Assembly (NCBI GenBank): GCA_002724585.1
Contig: PBPE01000045.1
Location: 1 to 46,658, forward strand
Direction: 5' to 3'
Origin: Dehalococcoidia bacterium
Lineage (GTDB): Bacteria > Chloroflexota > Dehalococcoidia > Lucifugimonadales > UBA3495
Length of the DNA stretch: 46,658 nucleotides
Shown: positions 7,786 to 15,489 of the stretch, piece by piece
Numbering within the stretch: the stretch's first letter is position 1
Layout of the letters: each line of letters starts with the position of its first letter
Notes under the pieces: generated by a model
Database searches by the model: none
What the model was told of the DNA's origin: nothing
The model's input: the letters and a program-made list of their open reading frames with translations, nothing else
Translations under genes and position numbers: made by a program

Positions 7786-8778
7786 ATGCAGGAAGATCCT
7801 AAAAAAGTAATCAAGCAGACGGGCGGATGGACTCTCTATGAGGAAGGACTGGATGGTTGGACTGTTCAGGTGGATTTTCCGGTCGATGCTTTGAAAGGGG
7901 CAGGCGGATCTTTAAAATTAACGATTCCTGCCGATGTGTGGTCAATACTTCGCCAAGGGAATCATAGCAAAGCTGCATACTACCGCATGAACGCACAGCA
8001 TCTCCGTAAACTGGCTGAACAATGGGTGGAAAGACGGTTAAGTGCTTACAAAAAGTCTAAAGGAACTCAAATAGAGCAAGAGATCTACTTAAACGGCTGC
8101 TTGGTAGCTGATGTGGATGATCCGCGGGATAAACAGGTCGAGGATTTTATAGAATTTTATACTCCTCCAAATAAACCCGCGGTGTCTAGTGATTTTTATG
8201 ATCAACGTGAAGAAGATCCAGACCTAGTCTATTCGATATATCCGTATTTAGAATCTGATGATGAGGTGGTAGGTGATATGAAACGTGGAGCGCATTGTTA
8301 CTTTTGTGGGACGAAATTAAGCCGAATGGACTCTGACGCACTGGGGTGTTGTTATGAGTGTGATAAGTGTCCGCCAGTAACTCACTGGCGATGGAATGAA
8401 GACACTGAATTCCTTCAATTATACGTCGCTGGAGAACGTTGTCCGTATTGCGGATTGCAGGTGCCGGAATCAACTGATGTTTCAGCAGATCTTAAAGAAT
8501 TAACTCAGATTCGGACTGAAGATCCGAAAACTGTCTCAACAGCAACTAAGTCGGTGCGTAAGACAGGTAAACCAGTAACGGTTAATGATGTCTGGTGGGG
8601 ATCTGTAGTGGAGTGGTGTCGTGCGCATAACGACCATGACGCTAGAGGAGGGTATTCCTACCATAACTGTAGCAAGGAACTTGCTCGGATGCAGTCCAAA
8701 GGCGAGCTAGATGTTATCTGGCATAATCGTGATCGAATACCTGGCACGAAGGAACTCATAGCTACAGTATCAGCTTAA
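7786..8778 (+). CDS. Hypothetical 330-aa protein with clustered Cys (zinc-ribbon-like) motifs
   Basis: Long ORF 29 nt after the XRE gene. Central CYFCG-x13-CCYECDKC and CPYCG motifs sit after an acidic linker. No enzymatic motif recognised. Confidence 0.6.
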   Translation: MQEDPKKVIKQTGGWTLYEEGLDGWTVQVDFPVDALKGAGGSLKLTIPADVWSILRQGNHSKAAYYRMNAQHLRKLAEQWVERRLSAYKKSKGTQIEQEIYLNGCLVADVDDPRDKQVEDFIEFYTPPNKPAVSSDFYDQREEDPDLVYSIYPYLESDDEVVGDMKRGAHCYFCGTKLSRMDSDALGCCYECDKCPPVTHWRWNEDTEFLQLYVAGERCPYCGLQVPESTDVSADLKELTQIRTEDPKTVSTATKSVRKTGKPVTVNDVWWGSVVEWCRAHNDHDARGGYSYHNCSKELARMQSKGELDVIWHNRDRIPGTKELIATVSA

Positions 8779-8801
8779 ATAATATCTGCGGTAGATTTTG
8801 T

Positions 8802-8838
8802 ACAACAGCGCCTGTCCATAAGGGACAAGCGCTGTTGT
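8802..8838 (+). terminator. Strong hairpin after the Cys-rich protein gene, without a canonical U tract
   Basis: ACAACAGCGC (8802-8811) pairs perfectly with GCGCTGTTGT (8829-8838), plus 5 further inner base pairs. The downstream sequence TTGTATCTG is only moderately T-rich. Confidence 0.5.
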
Positions 8839-8850
8839 TGTATCTGTATC

Positions 8851-8867
8851 AACAATAAGTTATTGTT
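8851..8867. promoter_or_regulatory. Perfect 17-bp palindrome, candidate operator upstream of the FAD oxidoreductase gene
   Basis: AACAATAA-G-TTATTGTT, 33 nt upstream of the ATG at 8900. It overlaps a weak promoter-like TTGTAT-17nt-TATTGT. Confidence 0.35.
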
Positions 8868-8899
8868 CAGATATAGCAGATGGAAATAAGGAATAGACT

Positions 8900-10027
8900 A
8901 TGAAAGCAGTTGTTATTGGTGCAGGGATAGTAGGTGCCAGCATAGGTTATCATCTGGCAGCAAGAGGCGCAGATGTAACATTGATAGACAAGAATAAGCC
9001 TGGTTCTGGAGCTTCTAGTCATTCTTTTGCCTGGATAAACGCTGGTCCAAAGTCTCCGTTTGAATATCATGATCTAAACAGACGATCCTTGGAGATGTGG
9101 GAAAGATTTGCTCAAAAGCTAAATACAGACGTTGGTTTACGATGGGGTGGAAAGGTTAGTTGGGAAGCCGAAACTCACAGAGCTGAGGAGTTACGCCAGA
9201 GAACCAAGCTTCTACAGGATTGGGGATATCCTATCAGAGAAATTTCTTCAGATAGCCTATGTGCAATGGTTCCGGGATTAGACCCGGGCCCTGTGTCTGT
9301 AGCTGAATACAGTGAGATTGAAGGGCACGTTGAGCCTCCTAGAGTTGTAGGAGCCTGTGTTCAGAAGGTGTCTGATTTGGGAGGAACTGTTCTAATTAAC
9401 ACCGAGGTACTTAGCTTCGGCAGAGATACCCAAGGTAAAGTGAATAAGGTTGTTACTACTAATGGCGACCTGGAGTGCGATGTGGTGGTAATTGCGGCTG
9501 GGGTTGATAGTTCTCGTTTAGCCGCAATGATCGGAGCCGACGTCCCGCAGCAGGAAAGTCCGGGAGTAGTGGTCAGGACTGACGCTAGGCCCGCATTGCT
9601 AAGTAATGTCCCAGTAGTATATATGCCCCCGATTAATCAACGTGAGCGTCAAGTGCATATCCGCCAGCTTATGGATGGGTCATTCATGATTGGAGAAGGT
9701 AGCCAAGAGAGTATGGCTCTGGACGATTCCCCGCAGCATGCTACTGAATTACTAGGTAGGGCTACTCATTATTTCCCTGAGTTAGCGGGCACTGAGGCTA
9801 TCGCAGAACCGGTTGGCTATCGACCTATGCCACTGGATAGTTATCCGGTCATCGGGTGGACCCAGGAATCATCTAATGTATATATAAGTTTAACTCATAG
9901 TGGCGTAACTTTAGCTCCCCTGATTGGCCAAGTCGCATCAATGGAAATATTAGATCGAGCTGACTTAGTGTTCATGTCATCCTACCGTCCAAACAGAAAA
10001 TTCATCCTGACTGTGCATGATCATTAA
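8900..10027 (+). CDS. FAD-dependent oxidoreductase (DAO / glycine-D-amino-acid oxidase-like)
   Basis: N-terminal Rossmann motif MKAVVIGAGIVGASIGYHLAARGADVTLIDK. Length and C-terminal HSGVTLAP-type motif fit the DAO family. Confidence 0.8.
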   Translation: MKAVVIGAGIVGASIGYHLAARGADVTLIDKNKPGSGASSHSFAWINAGPKSPFEYHDLNRRSLEMWERFAQKLNTDVGLRWGGKVSWEAETHRAEELRQRTKLLQDWGYPIREISSDSLCAMVPGLDPGPVSVAEYSEIEGHVEPPRVVGACVQKVSDLGGTVLINTEVLSFGRDTQGKVNKVVTTNGDLECDVVVIAAGVDSSRLAAMIGADVPQQESPGVVVRTDARPALLSNVPVVYMPPINQRERQVHIRQLMDGSFMIGEGSQESMALDDSPQHATELLGRATHYFPELAGTEAIAEPVGYRPMPLDSYPVIGWTQESSNVYISLTHSGVTLAPLIGQVASMEILDRADLVFMSSYRPNRKFILTVHDH

Positions 10028-10053
10028 ACTGGTGACTTAGATTTTGCGTGAGC

Positions 10054-10082
10054 TTGACAAGGGCTGTGCTGGATTTCACAAT
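10054..10082 (+). promoter_or_regulatory. Candidate promoter for the hydrolase-LLM pair
   Basis: TTGACA (10054-10059), 17-nt spacer, CACAAT (10077-10082). Flanked by GGTGACTTA direct repeats at 10031-10039 and 10085-10093. Confidence 0.4.
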
Positions 10083-10124
10083 CAGGTGACTTAACAACAA
10101 GCAACGAAGGAAGGAAATAGTGAT

Positions 10125-10925
10125 ATGACCACTGCATCACAATCCTGGACGGAAGAAATGGTGGACGTTGCTGGGAGCCAACTGCAAGTATTTAAAGGTG
10201 GCACCGGTGATCCATTACTAATCATTCACGACGAAATGGGCCATCCCGGCTGGCTGAGATATCATCAGGAACTTGCTAAGGACAGGACCTTAGTTATTCC
10301 AATGCTTCCTGGGTTCGGCGAATCCGCAGAGCTAGACTGGATGATGAGCATGCACGACCTAGCCAACTGGTTTCTTGGCGCCCTAGATGATTTGAAGTTA
10401 GAGAATGTAGACGTTGTTGGTTTTTCTCTTGGGGGATGGCTCGCAGCAGAAATGGCTGTTAGGTGTCCTCAGCAATTCAAGCGACTGGTGCTCGTCGGAG
10501 CTGCTGGAGTACGTCCTTCTGAAGGGGAAATCTATGACATTTTCCAGGTAGTAGCGAAATCATATATCGAAAATAGTGTGTTGGACGCTTCCGCTGTTCC
10601 AGAATTTAAAGAAGTATGCCCTGATGAGCCTTCTCCTGAGCAATTAGAGCTTTGGGAAAGCGCCAAAGAAAGTGCGTGTAGGGTAAGTTGGCGTCCTTAT
10701 ATGCATTATCCTGCGTTACCGCAATTGTTGCCTCGGTTAAAAAGGTTGCCGACTAAGATTATATGGGGACGAGAAGACCCTATCGTTCCGGTCAGTGCGG
10801 GTGAAATTTATCATAAATCTATACCCGGCTCCTCGTTAGATATTATTAATCAATGTGGGCATAGGCCTGAAATAGAGAAAACAGACGAATTTATTGGTTT
10901 GGTTAAGGGATTCTTGACGTCTTAA
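10125..10925 (+). CDS. Alpha/beta-fold hydrolase
   Basis: Nucleophile elbow GFSLGGW, and C-terminal QCGHRPEIE carrying the catalytic His. 266 aa. Confidence 0.85.
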   Translation: MTTASQSWTEEMVDVAGSQLQVFKGGTGDPLLIIHDEMGHPGWLRYHQELAKDRTLVIPMLPGFGESAELDWMMSMHDLANWFLGALDDLKLENVDVVGFSLGGWLAAEMAVRCPQQFKRLVLVGAAGVRPSEGEIYDIFQVVAKSYIENSVLDASAVPEFKEVCPDEPSPEQLELWESAKESACRVSWRPYMHYPALPQLLPRLKRLPTKIIWGREDPIVPVSAGEIYHKSIPGSSLDIINQCGHRPEIEKTDEFIGLVKGFLTS

Positions 10926-11031
10926 TAATCAATATTCGTGCTTACGCTATTATAGGTTGTGATAGACAATCTTCCGAGCGTGGTGCTACACTGCCGGTAG
11001 TTGGAGTACGAGGATTGGAGAAGGAGTTCGT

Positions 11032-12282
11032 ATGCTGATAGGCCATTTTACGGAACAACCATGGCAAGATGATCAATCGGGTCTTATGGGCACTCAGTCG
11101 ACTGATCTGAGCATTAGCAATGCACATTATAATCCGCAGGTTGGTTCGCAACTCTACAATCGATACCTTGATGAAAAAGTTTACGCTGAAGAAATGGGTT
11201 TCGATGCGCTAATGTTAAACGAGCATCACAGCACCCCGTTTTGTATGCAGGGCGTGACAAACGTAGGGGCATCTATCCTAGCGCGAATTACTAATAAAGC
11301 AAAGATTATCATTTTAGGTAATGTTTTGCCGATTTGGGATGACCCTCTTTGGTTGGCCGAACAATTGTCGATGATAGATATGATTTCAAACGGGAGATTG
11401 GTCTCGGGTTTTGTTAGGGGAGGAGGCAGAGAGAGCTACGCGCATAATGCTCCTCCGCATTTTAACAGAGAGCGTTTTGAAGAAGCGCATGACTTTTTAA
11501 TAAAGGCGTGGACTACTCCTGGTCCATTTCGTTGGGAAGGAAAACATTACCATTACCGGTATGTCAATCCTTGGGCTAGGCCTTTGCAACAGCCTCATCC
11601 TCAAATATGGATTCCATCGACTGTCAGCGTAGAAACTGTTAAATGGACTGCTGAAAAAGCATATCCTCTGGTCCTACTGGCTACTAAGTTGGGACCAACC
11701 AAAGAAGCTTTTGATTTGTACCATGAGACCGCTGCTGAGTTTGGCCACAAATCTGGAACTCAGAATGTTGCATACTTATGGAAAGTGCACGTGGACGAGA
11801 CAGAAGAGAAAGCTGAAGAGGTAGGAAGGAAATATTTATCTGGTGTTAGCAATCCGTTTTTGGCCGGCAATGAAGGTCAAACTAATCCCGCTATTATGAG
11901 CCTGCCAGGGCATACCTCGCGTACTTCTAGGCGATTATCCGCAACGGCATTTGGCCCAGCAGGTAGATTCGGTACCAATCGGAGGCCTTATGAGGACCAG
12001 GTAGAGGATTACACTATTATCACTGGAACTCCTAAGACAGTTATTCCTAAGATCAGACACGTACTCGAATATTTGCGTCCTGGTAGTGTATTTTTCTGGG
12101 ATGGTGATGGAGCCATGAGTCATGATGACCAGATGCGAAGTTTGCGATTGATGGGCCAAGAAGTTATCCCTGCTGTTAGAGAGATGGCTAAAGAGCTTGA
12201 TCTGAAGAGCCCGTTTGAAGTTGATACCAAGACGGGCGAACCGATAGAAGATTCTGTGGCTGAGCCTGTAAACGCAGATTAA
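11032..12282 (+). CDS. Luciferase-like (LLM-class) flavin-dependent oxidoreductase, long form (416 aa)
   Basis: TIM-barrel LLM pattern (GFDALMLNEHH, ILGNVLPIWDDPLWLAEQLSMIDMISNGRL). AAGGAG RBS upstream. Confidence 0.8.
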   Translation: MLIGHFTEQPWQDDQSGLMGTQSTDLSISNAHYNPQVGSQLYNRYLDEKVYAEEMGFDALMLNEHHSTPFCMQGVTNVGASILARITNKAKIIILGNVLPIWDDPLWLAEQLSMIDMISNGRLVSGFVRGGGRESYAHNAPPHFNRERFEEAHDFLIKAWTTPGPFRWEGKHYHYRYVNPWARPLQQPHPQIWIPSTVSVETVKWTAEKAYPLVLLATKLGPTKEAFDLYHETAAEFGHKSGTQNVAYLWKVHVDETEEKAEEVGRKYLSGVSNPFLAGNEGQTNPAIMSLPGHTSRTSRRLSATAFGPAGRFGTNRRPYEDQVEDYTIITGTPKTVIPKIRHVLEYLRPGSVFFWDGDGAMSHDDQMRSLRLMGQEVIPAVREMAKELDLKSPFEVDTKTGEPIEDSVAEPVNAD

Positions 12283-12300
12283 CTAGTAGAGATTTTCACA

Positions 12301-12339
12301 AAAAGAAGGGGCGGCTCAAAGAGCCGCCCCTTCTTTTTG
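12301..12339. terminator. Bidirectional rho-independent terminator between convergent genes
   Basis: AAAAGAAGGGGCGGCTC-aaa-GAGCCGCCCCTTCTTTT: a perfect 17-bp stem with A and T tracts on either side. Confidence 0.85.
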
Positions 12340-12349
12340 CTTAACGCAT

Positions 12350-13453
12350 TTAAGATAAACTTACTTCTACCCTCCGCCCGTCTGTGTTTGATGACCTGAT
12401 GTTGTCTAAAAACTTGTGTAATTCTACTGCCGTATCAAAATTAGGCTCGCAATTTGTTCCAGATTTGATGGCCTGACCAAATTTGTAGTACATTTGCCCG
12501 ACGTTGTAAGGCTCACCATTAGGCATGCTTTCGAGAACGTTACTATGTCTAGAGGGGATTTCAATATCATGGAGAGTCTCACTCTCCTGAGCTCCTTTTA
12601 GTTTTACTTCTTGTAATTGTGGAGAGTCATCAGATAAAGCGAATAAAGTACCTTTGTTGCCGTAAATCTCCATTTCTAATCCTGCGCCCGCGTACGGCGT
12701 TGTGGCTACATGTACTGATGCAACTCCGCCATTTAGTAATTGACCGTTTATCATGACATTATCTGGAGATGTGACGTCTAAGACATCTCCTGTATCAGAA
12801 GCGGTCCACTGCTTGGCCTGAGTACTTACTACGCTTGATACTGAACCAAAGTCACCTACGACAAATCGTACAGCATCTACCGTGTGTCCAAAGGCGATAG
12901 TTAGAGTGTTTGCTCCGAGCTCGACGTCTCTTTGCCAAGTCCTGTCGAATACTCTTTTGAGGATTCCTCCTCTGATCATGCTGACTTTACAAGACATCAC
13001 TTGCCCGACATATCCGTTTTCAATCAACTCTTTGGCATGCAATAACGCTGGGCTGTTGCGGGCTTGCAACCCTACCATGTTTACAACACCTTTCGATCGT
13101 GCTAAATCGGCCATTTCTATCGCCTGAGCGGTATCCTGCCCGAGTGGCCATTCAGTGTAAACATGTTTCCCTGCGTTAAGGGCTGCCATAGTAGGTTCGT
13201 AGTGAGACGGGACTTTTAATACAACCGCGACTGCATCAATATCAGGGTGATTTATCATTTCTTGATAATTGTCAAAAGCCATTTTGGCATTAAATAGCTG
13301 TGCGGATTCCTGCGCACTTTCCATCCGTGTTGTGCATACTGCTGTAAGTTCAAATTCGGGGCTCGCGAGAAGTGCCGGAAGATGAGATCTAGGAGCCCAT
13401 CCTCTGTGTATGTTTGCTCCGATTAAACCTAGCCTTATTTTGGTGTCTGCCAT
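12350..13453 (-). CDS. Gfo/Idh/MocA-family NAD(P)-dependent oxidoreductase
   Basis: N-terminal Rossmann segment IRLGLIGANIHRGW, and an EWPL motif (YTEWPLG). Start set at the internal ATG (13451-13453), which is preceded by AAGGAGG. Confidence 0.85.
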   Translation of the reverse strand: MADTKIRLGLIGANIHRGWAPRSHLPALLASPEFELTAVCTTRMESAQESAQLFNAKMAFDNYQEMINHPDIDAVAVVLKVPSHYEPTMAALNAGKHVYTEWPLGQDTAQAIEMADLARSKGVVNMVGLQARNSPALLHAKELIENGYVGQVMSCKVSMIRGGILKRVFDRTWQRDVELGANTLTIAFGHTVDAVRFVVGDFGSVSSVVSTQAKQWTASDTGDVLDVTSPDNVMINGQLLNGGVASVHVATTPYAGAGLEMEIYGNKGTLFALSDDSPQLQEVKLKGAQESETLHDIEIPSRHSNVLESMPNGEPYNVGQMYYKFGQAIKSGTNCEPNFDTAVELHKFLDNIRSSNTDGRRVEVSLS

Positions 13454-13588
13454 TCCGTCCTCCTTACGTGGAAGATAAACTGAGCCTATTGCTCGATATC
13501 GTATCATTTAGGTGTAGCTAATAATAGACATTGGAGGACATGCACGAATAGGGCCACGCAGATAAGGTATGTTTTCTAGGAGATGTAT

Positions 13589-14479
13589 ATGAAATACGGA
13601 GTAGTTTTTCCTCAAACTGAGATAGGAGCCGATCCTGTAGCTATAAGAGACTACGTGCAGGCTGCGGAGGGATTGGGGTACGAGTATATTTTCATAGCAG
13701 ATCATGTGCTGGGCGCTGATCCCAATCATCATTCACATGTAGTGGACCATTATTACACTCACAAGAGCGTCATTCATGAGCAATTTACGACACTTGGGTT
13801 TATATCGGCTGTTACTAGTAATGTTGATTTAATTACTGGCATCTTGATTTTGCCACAGAGACAGACGGCATTAGTGGCTAAGCAGGCAGCCGAAATAGAT
13901 ATTTTAAGCGGAGGGCGTCTGACTTTAGGAATAGGAGTAGGCTGGAATCACGTTGAGTATGAGGCGCTAGGGGAAGATTTTCACAACAGAGGTCGTAGAT
14001 GTGAAGAACAGATGGAGGTATTGCGAGCTCTGTGGACACAAGAGGTAGTAGATTTTCATGGTAAATGGCATGATATAACCAATGCTGGTATTAACCCCCT
14101 GCCTGTCCAACGACCAATTCCGATTTGGCTAGGCGCAGGTGGTAGTGAGAGCCCAATACCCGTAGACAGGGTTCTGCGCCGCATCGCAACTTTGTCGGAT
14201 GGTTGGTTTCCTAGTTTTGCTCCGTCTGACAAGGGTCGTGAAACAGTGGAAACTATTAGGCAATATGCGAGAGATGCCGGTAGAGATCCATCTGAAATAG
14301 GTATGATAGGCCGATTAAGACTCCCAGGCAAGCAGCCAGAGGAATGGCTTGATGAAATGAAAGGTTGGGAAGAGATGGCCGCGACGCATATGTCTGTAGA
14401 AGCTCGTCGAGGTGTTTTAGGCTCTGTTGGTCAGCACATAGAAGCTATTACAGAGGCAAAGGAAGTGTTAGGAATTTAA
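13589..14479 (+). CDS. LLM-class, probably F420-dependent, oxidoreductase
   Basis: MKYGVVFPQTEIGADPVAIRDYVQAAEGLGYEYIFIADHVLGA resembles the TIGR03619-type F420-dependent LLM N-terminus. AGGAG 6 nt before the ATG at 13589 makes 13583 less likely. Confidence 0.8.
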   Translation: MKYGVVFPQTEIGADPVAIRDYVQAAEGLGYEYIFIADHVLGADPNHHSHVVDHYYTHKSVIHEQFTTLGFISAVTSNVDLITGILILPQRQTALVAKQAAEIDILSGGRLTLGIGVGWNHVEYEALGEDFHNRGRRCEEQMEVLRALWTQEVVDFHGKWHDITNAGINPLPVQRPIPIWLGAGGSESPIPVDRVLRRIATLSDGWFPSFAPSDKGRETVETIRQYARDAGRDPSEIGMIGRLRLPGKQPEEWLDEMKGWEEMAATHMSVEARRGVLGSVGQHIEAITEAKEVLGI

Positions 14480-14489
14480 TGCAGTTCTT

Positions 14490-15317
14490 CTAGACCCATG
14501 CCCCATTTTCTATTGAGGAAATAAAATGTTGAATGGCTTGGTTGAATAAGTCTGGATCCTCAAGATTAATTGCATGGCCACTTTGGGGAAGTACTGATAG
14601 TCCAGACGATGGAATATGCTGCTTCATGAAGATTGCAGGATTAACGCATGGATAATCCTCGTCCCCGATTATTATCAAAGTAGGTATGGTCATATTTTTA
14701 AGATCGGATTCCAAGGTATATAGACTCTCTCTTTTCATTTGAATCCCACGGAATGTTAGGGCTGATCCCTGGGCAGAATGGGAACATAGCCCTTGATAAA
14801 AATCATCCCAGGTCTTGGGGTCTTTGCGCCTTAGTTGTATTCTTGTAGGCCCCGTCGCGTACTGCTGAATACCGTTGGCCATCCCATTCGATAATAGCGC
14901 ATCTGCTAGAGTGCCCCCAGATTTCCTGAATTGCTCGGGATCATCGCTTCCGCTCCCCGCTGAAGCGACTATCAAGGCCTTAGCCATATTCGGGTACTTT
15001 ATTCCGAAGTTTAATATTGCACTACCTCCCATAGACAACCCGCATAGATATGCTTGATCTATATTGAGGTGATTCAGCAACAACTTAATGTCTTCTACAG
15101 ATTGGTCTTGTGAATACAAGGCGGGATCGTCGGGAACATCTGAAGGTGGGTAGCCACGGGCGTTGTAAGTAATGACTTGATATTTACGGGAAAAATGACG
15201 CACTTGTAAATCCCAGCTGGTGTAGTCCCCTGCAAATTCGTGGCTGAACAGCAGCGGTGTTCCGGTGCCAGTAATTTCGTAGAATAAGTTAGTCCCATTG
15301 GCAGAAAAATATGGCAT
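14490..15317 (-). CDS. Alpha/beta-fold hydrolase
   Basis: Nucleophile elbow GLSMGGS, Asp in IIGDEDY, His in QSGHAINLE. 275 aa. Confidence 0.85.
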   Translation of the reverse strand: MPYFSANGTNLFYEITGTGTPLLFSHEFAGDYTSWDLQVRHFSRKYQVITYNARGYPPSDVPDDPALYSQDQSVEDIKLLLNHLNIDQAYLCGLSMGGSAILNFGIKYPNMAKALIVASAGSGSDDPEQFRKSGGTLADALLSNGMANGIQQYATGPTRIQLRRKDPKTWDDFYQGLCSHSAQGSALTFRGIQMKRESLYTLESDLKNMTIPTLIIIGDEDYPCVNPAIFMKQHIPSSGLSVLPQSGHAINLEDPDLFNQAIQHFISSIENGAWV

Positions 15318-15489
15318 AACGTTTTACCTCTGTAAGTTCAAATGGATCATAGGATGTAAACATGGCGTAGTCAATTGGATGTTGTTTTGCGTTTGATATT
15401 TGATGCAAGGAGCTATCCACTCGGGTAAAATGGTATTATTGCTTGCCCAGAAACGGAAATCTTATATAAACACATTGTGGTGATGACGT

